A DNA stretch of 60,856 nt from Betaproteobacteria bacterium (lineage in GTDB: Bacteria; Pseudomonadota; Gammaproteobacteria; Burkholderiales; JACQAP01), in NCBI GenBank assembly GCA_052387775.1, contig JBQTIV010000011.1, positions 1 to 60,856 of the forward strand. Reading direction: 5' to 3'. The notes beneath the pieces were generated by a model, which saw only the letters and a program-made list of their open reading frames with translations, ran no database searches and had not been told where the DNA came from. The stretch's first letter is position 1. Every line of letters begins with the position of its first letter. The position numbers and the translations under genes were made by a program. This document shows positions 42,567-56,913 of this stretch, one piece after another.

Positions 42567-43207
42567 GCCAGGCGGCTCAACTGTTGCGGCAGGGTATCGC
42601 CGACCTGGGGTTGGCGTTGCCGCAGTCGACGACTGAGCGGCTGCTCGAGTACTTGGCGCTGCTGGCGAAGTGGAACCGCGTATACAACCTGACGGCAATC
42701 CGCGAGGAGAGAAAGTGGGTCAGCCATCACCTGCTGGATAGCCTCGCGGTCGTGCCGCACTTGCCGGCAGGAGGACTCGTGGATGTGGGCAGCGGCGCAG
42801 GGTTGCCCGGGATCCCGATCGCGTTGGCATGCCCGGACAGGCAGGTGACGTTGCTCGACTCGAATCAAAAAAAAGGCGCGTTCTTGAATCAGTCATCCAC
42901 GGAGCTGGCGCTCACCAACGTCAAGGTCCTGATCGAACGGGCCGAGTCCTACCGACCTGCCACGGCATTCGACGTCGTCATCTCGCGTGCTTTTTCCAGC
43001 ATCGCCGAGTTCATCGAGCTTGCAGGCCACCTGTGCAAGCCGGGCGGCGTGCTGGTTGCGATGAAGGGCGCCCGCCCGGATGCAGAAATCGCGCAGCTCC
43101 CGCAGGCCTGGAGAGCGGAAACAATCATTCCCCTGCGCGTGCCCCAGCTCGATGCGCAACGTCATCTGGTCATGCTGCGCCCGCGCGCAGCAACGCACGC
43201 CGACTGA
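42563..43207 (+). CDS. rsmG: 16S rRNA (guanine527-N7)-methyltransferase RsmG (GidB)
   Basis: 214 aa. The TTG start overlaps the mnmG stop. Reads [13 protein letters not shown]...[14 protein letters not shown]. Confidence 0.9.
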   Translation: MSQAAQLLRQGIADLGLALPQSTTERLLEYLALLAKWNRVYNLTAIREERKWVSHHLLDSLAVVPHLPAGGLVDVGSGAGLPGIPIALACPDRQVTLLDSNQKKGAFLNQSSTELALTNVKVLIERAESYRPATAFDVVISRAFSSIAEFIELAGHLCKPGGVLVAMKGARPDAEIAQLPQAWRAETIIPLRVPQLDAQRHLVMLRPRAATHAD

Positions 43208-43212
43208 GCAAC

Positions 43213-43977
43213 ATGACGCGCGTGCTCGCAATCACCAACCAGAAAGGCGGGGTCGGCAAGACCACCACCAGCATCAATCTCGCCGCGAGTCTGGTAATGG
43301 CCGGGCGGCGCGTGCTGTTGGTGGACATCGATCCGCAGGGCAACGCCACCATGGGCAGCGGCATCGACAAGCGCAGCCTCAAGGCGACGGTCTACCAGGT
43401 ATTGCTGGGTTCCGCGCCGATGTCAGCGGTCCGGGTGCGGAGCCAGAGCGGTGGCTATGACCTGATTCCTGCCAACCGCGAGCTCGCCGGTGCGGAAGTG
43501 GAAATGGTGGAACTGGCCGGGCGCGAAACGCGGCTGAAGAGGGCGCTCGAGGAAATCATGGCGCAGTACGACTACGTGCTGATCGACTGCCCGCCGGCGC
43601 TCAATCTGCTGACGGTAAACGGGCTGTGCGCGGCCAACGCCGTGATGATTCCGATGCAGTGCGAGTACTACGCGCTCGAAGGTCTGTCCGACCTGGTGCA
43701 GACCATCAAGAAAGTGCGCATGAATCTGAATCCCGCGCTCGAAATCGAGGGTTTGCTGCGCACCATGTACGACCCGCGCAATATGCTTTCGCAACAGGTC
43801 TCGGACCAACTCCAGCAACACTTCGGCGACAAGGTCTACCGTACCGTGATCCCGCGCAACGTCAGGCTTGCCGAGGCGCCAAGCCACGGCATCCCGGCGC
43901 TCAGCTTCGACCGGCAATCGAAAGGCGCGCTGGCTTACCTCGCTCTGGCAGGTGAGATGCTCGGCAAGAACATTTAG
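43213..43977 (+). CDS. parA: Chromosome partitioning ATPase ParA (Soj)
   Basis: Trimmed to the ATG at 43213: MTRVLAITNQKGGVGKTTTSINLAASL (deviant Walker A), then IDCPPALNLLT. Confidence 0.93.
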   Translation: MTRVLAITNQKGGVGKTTTSINLAASLVMAGRRVLLVDIDPQGNATMGSGIDKRSLKATVYQVLLGSAPMSAVRVRSQSGGYDLIPANRELAGAEVEMVELAGRETRLKRALEEIMAQYDYVLIDCPPALNLLTVNGLCAANAVMIPMQCEYYALEGLSDLVQTIKKVRMNLNPALEIEGLLRTMYDPRNMLSQQVSDQLQQHFGDKVYRTVIPRNVRLAEAPSHGIPALSFDRQSKGALAYLALAGEMLGKNI

Positions 43978-43982
43978 GAAAA

Positions 43983-44834
43983 ATGCAGATGGCAAAACTC
44001 AAAGGACTTGGGCGCGGGCTCGATGCATTGCTCGGCGGCAACGATACCCGCGCCGACGACGCGCAGGCCGAGCTGGCGGTGGGCGTGCTCAAGCCCGGCC
44101 GCTTCCAGCCGCGTACGCGCATGGACCCGCAGTCGATTGCGGAACTCGCCGACTCGATCAAGGCGCAGGGTCTGATCCAGCCGATCCTGGTGCGCCCCGC
44201 GGATGGCGGTAAGTTCGAGATTATCGCCGGCGAGCGCCGCTGGCGCGCGGCCCAGCTTGCCGGACTCGCGAAAGTGCCGGTGGTCGTGCGCGCGGTGCCG
44301 GACCAGTCGGCGCTGGCGATGTCTTTGATCGAGAACATCCAGCGCGAGGACCTCAATCCGCTGGAAGAAGCGGGCGGCATTCACAGGTTGATAGACGAAT
44401 TCCGCATGACCCACGATACGGCGGCGCAGGCAATCGGACGCTCGCGCAGCGCGATTACCAATTTGTTGCGGCTGCTGAATCTTTCCAAGCCCGTGCAGGA
44501 ACTGCTTATGCAAGGCAGGCTCGACATGGGCCATGCCCGGGCGTTGCTGGCGCTGAGCGCGGCGCGTCAGGTGGAGTTGGCGCACCAAGTGATCAGCCGC
44601 GGGCTGTCGGTGCGTGAAACCGAGCAACTGGTCGGCCGTGCCGCGGTGAGCGCCCGCAAGTCGCCACGCAAACACAGGAAGGATCGCGACATTCAGGCCC
44701 TGGAGGAAGACCTTGCCGATACGCTCGGTGCGCCGGTGACCATCACCCCTGGCAAGGGTGGGCGCGGCAAATTGGTAATTGGCTATTCCAGCCTCGATCA
44801 GCTCGATGCATTTCTGCGCAAACTGCGCCGCTGA
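43983..44834 (+). CDS. parB: Chromosome partitioning protein ParB (Spo0J)
   Basis: 283 aa. Reads GLGRGLDALL...QPILVRP...IIAGERRWRAAQLAG...LIENIQREDLNPLEEA. Confidence 0.93.
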   Translation: MQMAKLKGLGRGLDALLGGNDTRADDAQAELAVGVLKPGRFQPRTRMDPQSIAELADSIKAQGLIQPILVRPADGGKFEIIAGERRWRAAQLAGLAKVPVVVRAVPDQSALAMSLIENIQREDLNPLEEAGGIHRLIDEFRMTHDTAAQAIGRSRSAITNLLRLLNLSKPVQELLMQGRLDMGHARALLALSAARQVELAHQVISRGLSVRETEQLVGRAAVSARKSPRKHRKDRDIQALEEDLADTLGAPVTITPGKGGRGKLVIGYSSLDQLDAFLRKLRR

Positions 44835-44868
44835 CAGCCCGCCGCGCGGCGGCAACGCCAGATCGTCG

Positions 44869-44898
44869 TTGACAGTGCTTCCTCAACCCCACTAAAAT
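44869..44898 (+). promoter_or_regulatory. Candidate sigma70 promoter of the atp operon
   Basis: TTGACA (44869-74), an 18-nt spacer, then TAAAAT (44893-98), in the parB-atpI spacer. Pattern match only. Confidence 0.45.
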
Positions 44899-44967
44899 TT
44901 CGGCCTTTTTGCGGGTTGCTGCGGCCGCATCGGCTTGAAGAATCCCGGGCCGGTGGCAGGAGGGGCG

Positions 44968-45327
44968 ATGATCCGGGCGATGGTCAGCATTATCGCTATG
45001 CAGGTTGCAGTGGCTATTGGCGTCGCCGCGCTGTTTCTTTTGATCGGCAACGGCGTATCCGCGAAATCGGCATTGATCGGCGGCGCGATCGCTTTCATCC
45101 CGGGTGCGTTTTACGCGTTGCGAGTCATCCGGTCCCGCCATGGTGCGGCGGACCGTTTGCTGCGGGCGCACTATGTCGGCGAGTTCGGCAAAGTGGTGTT
45201 GACCGTGCTCCTGTTCGGCGCGACGTTCGCGTGGATGAAGGACATTTCCGTATTGCCGCTGTTTGCCGCCTACATCGCGACATTGCTGGTGTACTGGGCG
45301 GCGCTGGTTATGTTTTCGAGAATCTGA
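44968..45327 (+). CDS. atpI: ATP synthase protein I
   Basis: Small hydrophobic protein upstream of atpB. The ATG at 44968 is preceded by GGAGGGG. The track ORF starts at an upstream TTG (44935). Confidence 0.75.
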   Translation: MIRAMVSIIAMQVAVAIGVAALFLLIGNGVSAKSALIGGAIAFIPGAFYALRVIRSRHGAADRLLRAHYVGEFGKVVLTVLLFGATFAWMKDISVLPLFAAYIATLLVYWAALVMFSRI

Positions 45328-46125
<798 letters not shown>

Positions 46126-46157
46126 GACACAACGCGCAATTGTCTTTAATCGTCTAG

Positions 46158-46448
<291 letters not shown>

Positions 46449-46477
46449 ATCTGGAGCATTGAGTCCGGGAGGCGCGC

Positions 46478-46951
46478 GTGAACATCAACGCTACATTGTT
46501 GGGCCAGGCGATCTGGTTCGCCCTGTTCATCTGGATCACGATGAAGTTCGTGTGGCCGCCGCTTCGCAAGGCGATGCATGATCGCCAGAAGCAGATCGCC
46601 GACGGCCTCGCCGCGGCGGAACGCGGCAAACAGGACCTCGAGCTTGCGGCAAAGCGCGCCGGGCAGGAATTGCAGCGGGCGCGCGAGCAGGCCGGCGAGA
46701 TCATTTCCCAGGCGGAGAAGCGTGGAGCCGGCGTGGTCGAAGAAGCCAGGGCGGTTGCCAAGGCTGAAGCCGAGCGTATTGTCGCCGCAGCGAAGGCCGA
46801 GATCGAGCAGGAAGTGTTCCGCGCCAAGGAGTCACTGCGCACGCAGATATCGGTTCTGGCGGTGACCGGCGCGGAGAAAATCCTCAAGCGCGAGGTGGAC
46901 GCCAAGGCGCACGCGCAGTTGCTTTCCGGCCTCGAGTCCGAACTCAGGTAA
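46478..46951 (+). CDS. atpF: F0F1 ATP synthase subunit b
   Basis: 157 aa. It has an N-terminal TM helix and then a long charged, Ala-rich coiled coil. Operon position supports the call. Confidence 0.9.
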   Translation: MNINATLLGQAIWFALFIWITMKFVWPPLRKAMHDRQKQIADGLAAAERGKQDLELAAKRAGQELQRAREQAGEIISQAEKRGAGVVEEARAVAKAEAERIVAAAKAEIEQEVFRAKESLRTQISVLAVTGAEKILKREVDAKAHAQLLSGLESELR

Positions 46952-46958
46952 CGCCCGC

Positions 46959-47495
46959 ATGGCTGAACTCGCAACTGTCGCCAGGCCCTACGCGGAAGCC
47001 CTGTTCCGCCTCGCCAAGGAAGGCAACGCACTTGCCGCCTGGGCGGAAAAACTGGCATTCATAGGCATGGTCTACCAGGATCCCCAGATGCAGGCGGCCA
47101 TCGGCAATCCGAAGGTCACCGCCAATGACGTCGAACGCCTGATGCTCGCCATCTGCGGCGAACGCATCGATGGCGCGGCCCGCAATATGATTCAATTGCT
47201 GGTGCGCAATCGCAGGCTGGCGGTGCTGTCGCAGATACGCGAGCAGTTCGAGAAGCTGAAGCTGGAAGACGAAGGCATGCTCGATGCGAAAATCAGTTCC
47301 GCCTACCCGCTCGACTCCGCGCAACGCAATCAAGTGGTAATCCTGCTGTCCTCCCGCTTTAAGCGCAAGATCAATGCTGCAGTGACCGTTGACCCCGAAT
47401 TGATCGGCGGCATCAAGGTCGAGGTGGGCGACAAGGTTTGGGATGCCTCCGTACGCGGCAGGCTGCAGGCCATGGCTGTGACCCTAACGAAATAG
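46959..47495 (+). CDS. atpH: F0F1 ATP synthase subunit delta
   Basis: 178 aa. It starts MAELATVARPYAEALF (an OSCP-type start) and lies between atpF and atpA. Confidence 0.9.
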   Translation: MAELATVARPYAEALFRLAKEGNALAAWAEKLAFIGMVYQDPQMQAAIGNPKVTANDVERLMLAICGERIDGAARNMIQLLVRNRRLAVLSQIREQFEKLKLEDEGMLDAKISSAYPLDSAQRNQVVILLSSRFKRKINAAVTVDPELIGGIKVEVGDKVWDASVRGRLQAMAVTLTK

Positions 47496-47507
47496 GAGTT
47501 GTGAACC

Positions 47508-49049
<1,542 letters not shown>

Positions 49050-49116
49050 GTGAGGCGAAAGGCGCAAGACGAGAGGCGCACGTTGCGCCCCGAAATCCGG
49101 ACCCGCAAGGCAATCC

Positions 49117-51574
<2,458 letters not shown>

Positions 51575-51581
51575 GTCTGAT

Positions 51582-52001
51582 ATGGCCAACACGATGCATG
51601 TTGATGTGGTGAGCGGGGAGGAGTCGATCTTCTCCGGCGAGGCGGAGTTCGTGGTTCTGCCCGGAGAGGCGGGCGAACTCGGTATCTATCCGCGGCATGC
51701 TCCGCTGATAACCCGCATCAGGCCGGGTGCCGTACGCATCCGGCCGGCCGGAGGCGGGGAGGAAAACCTGATCTTCGTCGCCGGCGGCATACTTGAAGTC
51801 CAGCCGGCGCTGGTGACCGTGCTCGCCGACACGGCGATCCGCGGCCACGACCTCGACGAAGTCAAAGCACTGGAGGCGAAGAAGCGCGCCGATGAGGCGT
51901 TGCGCAGCGCCAAGGACAAGCAGGAAATCGCCACGGTCGAAGCCGAACTCTCGATGCTCTCGGCGCAACTGGCCGCAATCCGTAAACTGCGCAAAAAGTA
52001 G
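51582..52001 (+). CDS. atpC: F0F1 ATP synthase subunit epsilon
   Basis: 139 aa. Reads [40 protein letters not shown]. Confidence 0.93.
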   Translation: MANTMHVDVVSGEESIFSGEAEFVVLPGEAGELGIYPRHAPLITRIRPGAVRIRPAGGGEENLIFVAGGILEVQPALVTVLADTAIRGHDLDEVKALEAKKRADEALRSAKDKQEIATVEAELSMLSAQLAAIRKLRKK

Positions 52002-52025
52002 TCGAGAGCGGCATCAGGACACGAA

Positions 52026-52049
52026 GAGCGGCCGAGTGCCGCTTTTTTT
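52026..52049 (+). terminator. Rho-independent terminator of the atp operon
   Basis: AGCGGC-CGAGT-GCCGCT followed by a T7 run, 25 nt after the atpC stop. Confidence 0.8.
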
Positions 52050-52150
52050 CTGCCGCAAAGCCGCGCGTTGACAATGGCCGACCCAGCCCATAACCTCTGA
52101 AAGGTCGAATCCAGTATTTTTCCCGGGTGCCACCTACCGAGGGGTCCACG

Positions 52151-53311
52151 ATGACCTGCCGCCTTGCCACCTTTGCCGTGGCGATCTGTCTTGCCGCAGT
52201 CGATGCCGGCATTGCGGCGGCCAAAGACACGGTGAAGATCGCTTTCATCGGCCCGCTGACCGGGGGTGTTTCCGCCAATGGACTCGGTGGCCGCAATTCG
52301 GCCGACCTCGCGGTCAGGCTGCGCAACGCCGGTCCGAACTCGCAGTACGACTACGAGCTGGTGGTGCTCGACGACGAGTGCAAACCCAACATCGGCGTGC
52401 AGGTGGCGACCAAAGCCGCCGCCGACCGCAAGGTGATCGCCGGAGTAACCCACTATTGCTCCGCTGTTGCAATGGGAACGGTCGATGTATATCACCGCTT
52501 CGGCCTGCCGGTAGTCGTATGGGGTGCGGTGCTGCCCGATATCACCTACGCCCATGACTACAAGGAAATCCATCGTGTGAACGGCACGATGATCAACCAG
52601 AACCAAGTAGCGGCGCGGTTCATGACCGGACTCCAATACAGGAAGTGGGTGATCATTCACGACACCACCGACTACGGCAAAGGCCATAACAAGTATTTCT
52701 CCGCAGAGCTGGCCGCGCACGGCGGTACGGTCCTGCGCACCTTCGGCGTCACTTCCGACCAGCAGGACTTCAACGCGGAACTCACCAAGATCAAGGAACT
52801 TGGGCCCGAAGTGATCTACTTCGGCGGCCTGACGCCGATCGGGGTGCGCATCCGTTCGCAGATGGAAAAACTGGGCATCAGAGCGGTTTTCCAGGGAACC
52901 TCCGGGATCGTCTCGGATGCCTTCATCGAGGGGCTCGGGCCGCTTGCCGAAGGCGTGCTGGCGTTCCGCGAAGGGGCGCCTTCGGAAAATCTTCCGGGCG
53001 GAAAGTTCTTCCTCGAGCAATACCAGAAGCAGAAATACCCCGATCCACCGGAAGCCTACGGCGCCTTCGCTTTTGCGGCGGCGAACCTGATCATCGACGC
53101 GATCGAGAAAGTCGGTCCGGATCGCAAGAAAGTCATGCGCGAGCTCAACGGCACCCGCGACCACCAATCGATCGTCGGTACGGTCACTTTCGACGATCAC
53201 GGACAGAACATGGTGCCGCTGATCACCAAGTTCGTGGTCCAGGACGGCAAATGGGTGGTTTGGGAAGACAGCGACTACGCCAGGAGCAAGCGCAAGCTGT
53301 CCAATCCCTGA
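52151..53311 (+). CDS. Liv-type (HAAT family, Peripla_BP_6-like) ABC transporter substrate-binding protein; ligand unknown
   Basis: ATG at 52151. Signal peptide MTCRLATFAVAICLAAVDAGIAAA, then KDTVKIAFIGPLTGG..., typical of the Leu/Ile/Val-binding protein fold. Confidence 0.85.
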   Translation: MTCRLATFAVAICLAAVDAGIAAAKDTVKIAFIGPLTGGVSANGLGGRNSADLAVRLRNAGPNSQYDYELVVLDDECKPNIGVQVATKAAADRKVIAGVTHYCSAVAMGTVDVYHRFGLPVVVWGAVLPDITYAHDYKEIHRVNGTMINQNQVAARFMTGLQYRKWVIIHDTTDYGKGHNKYFSAELAAHGGTVLRTFGVTSDQQDFNAELTKIKELGPEVIYFGGLTPIGVRIRSQMEKLGIRAVFQGTSGIVSDAFIEGLGPLAEGVLAFREGAPSENLPGGKFFLEQYQKQKYPDPPEAYGAFAFAAANLIIDAIEKVGPDRKKVMRELNGTRDHQSIVGTVTFDDHGQNMVPLITKFVVQDGKWVVWEDSDYARSKRKLSNP

Positions 53312-53327
53312 TCCCGTCGCAGGCAAA

Positions 53328-54245
53328 ATGGATCTCGGACTTGCCGGGCAGTATCTTTTGAACGGCCTCATGCTTGGCGTGATCTACGCCATGGTGGCGG
53401 TCGGATTCACGCTGTTCTTCGGTGTGCTCGACGTCATCAAGTTCTCGCACGGCGACGTGGTGATGGTCGGCGCCTTCGTCGCGCTGGCTGCTTTTATCGG
53501 ACTGCAGGACCTGGGTGTCGCATCCAGTCTGGCGTTGCTGCTGGCGGTGAGCGCCGCGGCGCTGATCTCGATGGCATTGCTCGGTGCACTGATCGCGCGC
53601 TTCCTGGTCCTGCCGTTGCGGATGGCACCGCCGCTGAACACACTGCTGGTTACGCTGATGCTCGGTCTGGCGCTGCGCGAAGCGGTGCGCCTGTTCTATC
53701 CCAACGGCTCCAACCCGAAACCCTTCCCGCGGTTGCTACCCGCGGACGCCTTTGCCTTCGGCAGTTTCACGCTGCGGATCGACAGCATCATCCTGCTCGC
53801 CACCGGCGTGCTGGCGATCGTGCTGGTGCATCTGCTGATCAACAGGACCAGGCTCGGGCTGGCGATCCGCGCGGTGGCGCAGGATCCCGAAACCGCGAAG
53901 GTAATGGGTATCGACTTCGAGCGCGTGGTGATGATCACCTTTGCACTTGGCTCGGCGCTGGCAGCGCTTGCCGGCGTCACCGACGGTCTGTATTACAACG
54001 AGATCAATTTTGGCATGGGTTTGCTGCTCGGCGTGATCGGCTTTTCGGCCGCGGTAGTCGGCGGGCTGGGCAACGTCTATGGCGCAATCATCGGCGGCTT
54101 TCTGTTTGCCGGGCTGCAGACCGTCGGCGCAGTGTGGTTCTCGGTGCCCGCCTATAAGGACGTGTTTGCCTTTGCCGTGGTGATCCTGTTGATGGCCTGG
54201 AAACCAACCGGGCTGATCGCGGAAAAGTCCGCGGAGCGGGTGTAG
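53328..54245 (+). CDS. Branched-chain-amino-acid-type ABC transporter permease (LivH family)
   Basis: 305 aa, polytopic. Reads YLLNGLMLGVIYAMVAVGFTLFFGVLDVIKFSHGD... Confidence 0.85.
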   Translation: MDLGLAGQYLLNGLMLGVIYAMVAVGFTLFFGVLDVIKFSHGDVVMVGAFVALAAFIGLQDLGVASSLALLLAVSAAALISMALLGALIARFLVLPLRMAPPLNTLLVTLMLGLALREAVRLFYPNGSNPKPFPRLLPADAFAFGSFTLRIDSIILLATGVLAIVLVHLLINRTRLGLAIRAVAQDPETAKVMGIDFERVVMITFALGSALAALAGVTDGLYYNEINFGMGLLLGVIGFSAAVVGGLGNVYGAIIGGFLFAGLQTVGAVWFSVPAYKDVFAFAVVILLMAWKPTGLIAEKSAERV

Positions 54246-54248
54246 CCG

Positions 54249-55406
54249 ATGCAGGAACGTTACAAGTCGGCGGCTTCCGTGGCGCTTGCGCTGACGGGGT
54301 TCGCGGTATTCACCTACCTGTTTCTTGAGATCGAGCAGCAGTGGGCGGTTGCGGCGCTCGCCATCGGTGCGATGGTGGCGCTGCTGGTCGCTGGCAGGAG
54401 CGGGATCGCTGCACGTGTCGAACGCAGTGCCGCCGCAAACCAGCGGGCCGCCGTCACGCTGACGTTACTCACGATGCTGATCGTTGCCGCAGCACTGCAT
54501 GAATCGCATTTTGCGCTGTTGATGCTCGCCACCGTGGCGCTCTATGTCATCGCCTGCCTGGGGCTCACCATCCAGTTCGGCTACGCGGGCATCGTCAACT
54601 TCGCCGGCGCCGCGTTCTTCGGCATCGGTTGCTACACCACTGCCGTTCTGGCGGCACATACGCCGCTGCCGCATGTCGCTGTCATCGGCGTCAGCGGCCT
54701 GCTATCGGCGCTGATCGGCTCGGCCTTGATCCTGCCAATCCTGCGCACCCGCGGGCATTACGCCGCGCTGATCACTATAGCGTTCGGCATCCTGTTCAAG
54801 ACTTTCCTGGAAGTGAACGATACCCTCGGCGGCCCGCAGGGGCTAAAAGTACCGGGGATGACGTTGTTCGGCTGGTCTTTCAACGATCCCATCCGCATCA
54901 GCGAAGATCTGGAGGCGTCGTTCTATCTCAATTACGTCGCGCTCGCGTCAGCGCTCGCAGCCTTTGCATTCGTGATGGTGAAACGGCTCGAACGTTCCTG
55001 GATCGGCCTGAATTTTGACGCCGTGCGGCTCGACGAAACGGCCGCCGCGGTATTCGGCATCGCCGTGGCGCGCTGGAAAATCCTGGCATTCACGCTCGGC
55101 AATTTCCTCGCCGGCGCTGCCGGTGCGCTCTACGCGATGATGACCGGTTTCATCGCGCCGAACAGTTTTACCTTCGGCGATTCGCTCATCCTGGTGTCGA
55201 TCGTGATACTATGCGGCCTGGTCAATTCTGTGGGCGTGATACCGGCGGCGCTGCTGCTGCTGGTGCTGCCGGAAAAACTACAGGTGATCCAGGAGTACCG
55301 CGTCCTGCTCTATGCGGTGCTGGTGATCTTGATCCTGTTATACCGGCCCAATGGCCTGATGCCGCGCCGGCTCCGCAACTATTTCCCGAAGCGCAGCCAA
55401 GCATGA
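54249..55406 (+). CDS. Branched-chain-amino-acid-type ABC transporter permease (LivM family)
   Basis: 385 aa, polytopic. Reads LGLTIQFGYAGIVNFAGAAFFGIGCYT... Confidence 0.85.
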   Translation: MQERYKSAASVALALTGFAVFTYLFLEIEQQWAVAALAIGAMVALLVAGRSGIAARVERSAAANQRAAVTLTLLTMLIVAAALHESHFALLMLATVALYVIACLGLTIQFGYAGIVNFAGAAFFGIGCYTTAVLAAHTPLPHVAVIGVSGLLSALIGSALILPILRTRGHYAALITIAFGILFKTFLEVNDTLGGPQGLKVPGMTLFGWSFNDPIRISEDLEASFYLNYVALASALAAFAFVMVKRLERSWIGLNFDAVRLDETAAAVFGIAVARWKILAFTLGNFLAGAAGALYAMMTGFIAPNSFTFGDSLILVSIVILCGLVNSVGVIPAALLLLVLPEKLQVIQEYRVLLYAVLVILILLYRPNGLMPRRLRNYFPKRSQA

Positions 55407-56173
55407 ATATCCTCGCCGCGCAGGGGCTCACGGTGAAGTTCGGCGGCCTGACGGCGCTGGATTCCCTAGACCTGCAGTTGCAATCCGGTGAGATTCTGGG
55501 GCTGATCGGCCCGAACGGCTCGGTCAAGACCACCTTCTTCAACGCCCTTACCGGACTGTACCGGCCGGCCGGCGGCCGTGTGCTGGTGGACGGCATGGAC
55601 ATCACCGGTGCGTCGCCGCAAGCGGTTTCCGCTGCCGGCGTGGCACGCACTTTCCAGCGTTCGCGCCTGTGCCTGGCGCTGTCGGTGTTCGACAACCTCA
55701 TGATCGGCAATCACCGCAACCTCGATCATGGCATCTGGACCAATCTGTTCCGGCGCGGCGCGCTGCAACAACAGATCGAGGCTGGCCTAGCCAAGGCGCG
55801 GGCACTCACGGCGATTTTCAGCGCACCGCTTGCCGGGCGATTGTTCGATCCTGTCGCAGCGCTCCCCATGATCGATCGCAGGCGCATCGAGATCTGCAGG
55901 GCGTTGATTGGCGAACCGCGCATCTTGCTCCTCGACGAGCCGTCGGCGGGCATGACCCACGACGAAACCCATGAACTGATGGACGATCTTCTGGCTGCGC
56001 GCGAGCAGCTGCCGCTGCTTTCAATCGTCCTGATCGAACACGAAATGAACGTCATAGAGCGCGTGACCGATCGTTGCGCCGTACTGAACTACGGGAAGAA
56101 GATCTGCGAAGGCGCCTACCGAGACGTTGCCGGCGACGAACGCGTGCGCAAGGCCTATCTGGGGGAAGACTGA
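55403..56173 (+). CDS. LivG-family ABC ATP-binding protein with non-canonical Walker A and signature motifs
   Basis: The ATG at 55403 overlaps the LivM-type stop. The P-loop is GPNGSVKTT (expected GPNGAGKTT). The signature position reads LPMIDRRRIEICRAL (expected L[SA]YGxQRRLEIAR). The Q-loop RTFQ, Walker B ILLLDEPSAGM and H-loop IEHEM are intact. Confidence 0.8.
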   Translation: MNILAAQGLTVKFGGLTALDSLDLQLQSGEILGLIGPNGSVKTTFFNALTGLYRPAGGRVLVDGMDITGASPQAVSAAGVARTFQRSRLCLALSVFDNLMIGNHRNLDHGIWTNLFRRGALQQQIEAGLAKARALTAIFSAPLAGRLFDPVAALPMIDRRRIEICRALIGEPRILLLDEPSAGMTHDETHELMDDLLAAREQLPLLSIVLIEHEMNVIERVTDRCAVLNYGKKICEGAYRDVAGDERVRKAYLGED

Positions 56174-56174
56174 G

Positions 56175-56909
56175 ATGCCGGCAGGGCTGATACTCGAGGA
56201 CATCTACACCGCGTACGACCGTGCCGATGTCCTGTGCGGCGTCTCGCTCGCAGTCGAAGCGGGAAAGATCACCTGTATCCTCGGGTCCAACGGCGCGGGC
56301 AAGAGCACACTGATCCGCTCGATCCTGTCGCTGACCGCGCCGCGCCGCGGACGGGTGATGTACAACGGTACTGACATCACCGGATTGGCCACGCACCAGA
56401 TCGTGCGCCGCGGTATTGCCTGCATTCCGGAGGGGCGGAAAGTATTTCCGAAGATGACCGTGCGCGACAATCTTCTGGTGGGCGGCTATCAGGAGCGCGA
56501 AATCGCGGCGCTGGAGGGCCGACTGCAGGACGTGTTCCGCGTGTTCCCGCAGCTAAGGGAGCGCACCAGCCAGCTGGCGGGTACGATGTCCGGCGGAGAG
56601 CAGGCGATGCTTTCGATCGGACGAGGATTGATGGCGGCGCCGAAACTGTTGATGATCGACGAACCTTCGCTTGGATTGTCGCCGCTGTATGTAAAGGCAA
56701 ACTTCAACGTCATTCGTGCCATCAACGAACAGGGTATAACCGTGCTCCTGGTGGAGCAGAATGTGAAGCAGACGCTGGCAATCGCGCACCGCGGCTACGT
56801 GCTGTCCCAGGGCAGAGTGGTCGCAGCCGGTGACGCCGATCAGCTTCGCGAGAACCCCGAAGTACGCGATGCATATTTCGGAAGAAAAAATAGTACGCAG
56901 GAGGTCTAG
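56175..56909 (+). CDS. LivF-family ABC ATP-binding protein (canonical motifs)
   Basis: ATG at 56175. Motifs: GSNGAGKSTL, MSGGEQAML, LLMIDEPSLGL and LVEQN. Confidence 0.9.
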   Translation: MPAGLILEDIYTAYDRADVLCGVSLAVEAGKITCILGSNGAGKSTLIRSILSLTAPRRGRVMYNGTDITGLATHQIVRRGIACIPEGRKVFPKMTVRDNLLVGGYQEREIAALEGRLQDVFRVFPQLRERTSQLAGTMSGGEQAMLSIGRGLMAAPKLLMIDEPSLGLSPLYVKANFNVIRAINEQGITVLLVEQNVKQTLAIAHRGYVLSQGRVVAAGDADQLRENPEVRDAYFGRKNSTQEV

Positions 56910-56913
56910 AGCC

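Noticed and set aside
51686-53371. 561-aa minus-strand ORF, the longest unannotated ORF in the window
   Set aside because: It lies exactly antisense to atpC and the Liv-type binding-protein gene, both of which have clear family signatures. Its translation is Arg/Gly/His/Pro-rich with no recognisable motif. This is the typical shadow ORF of a GC-rich genome.
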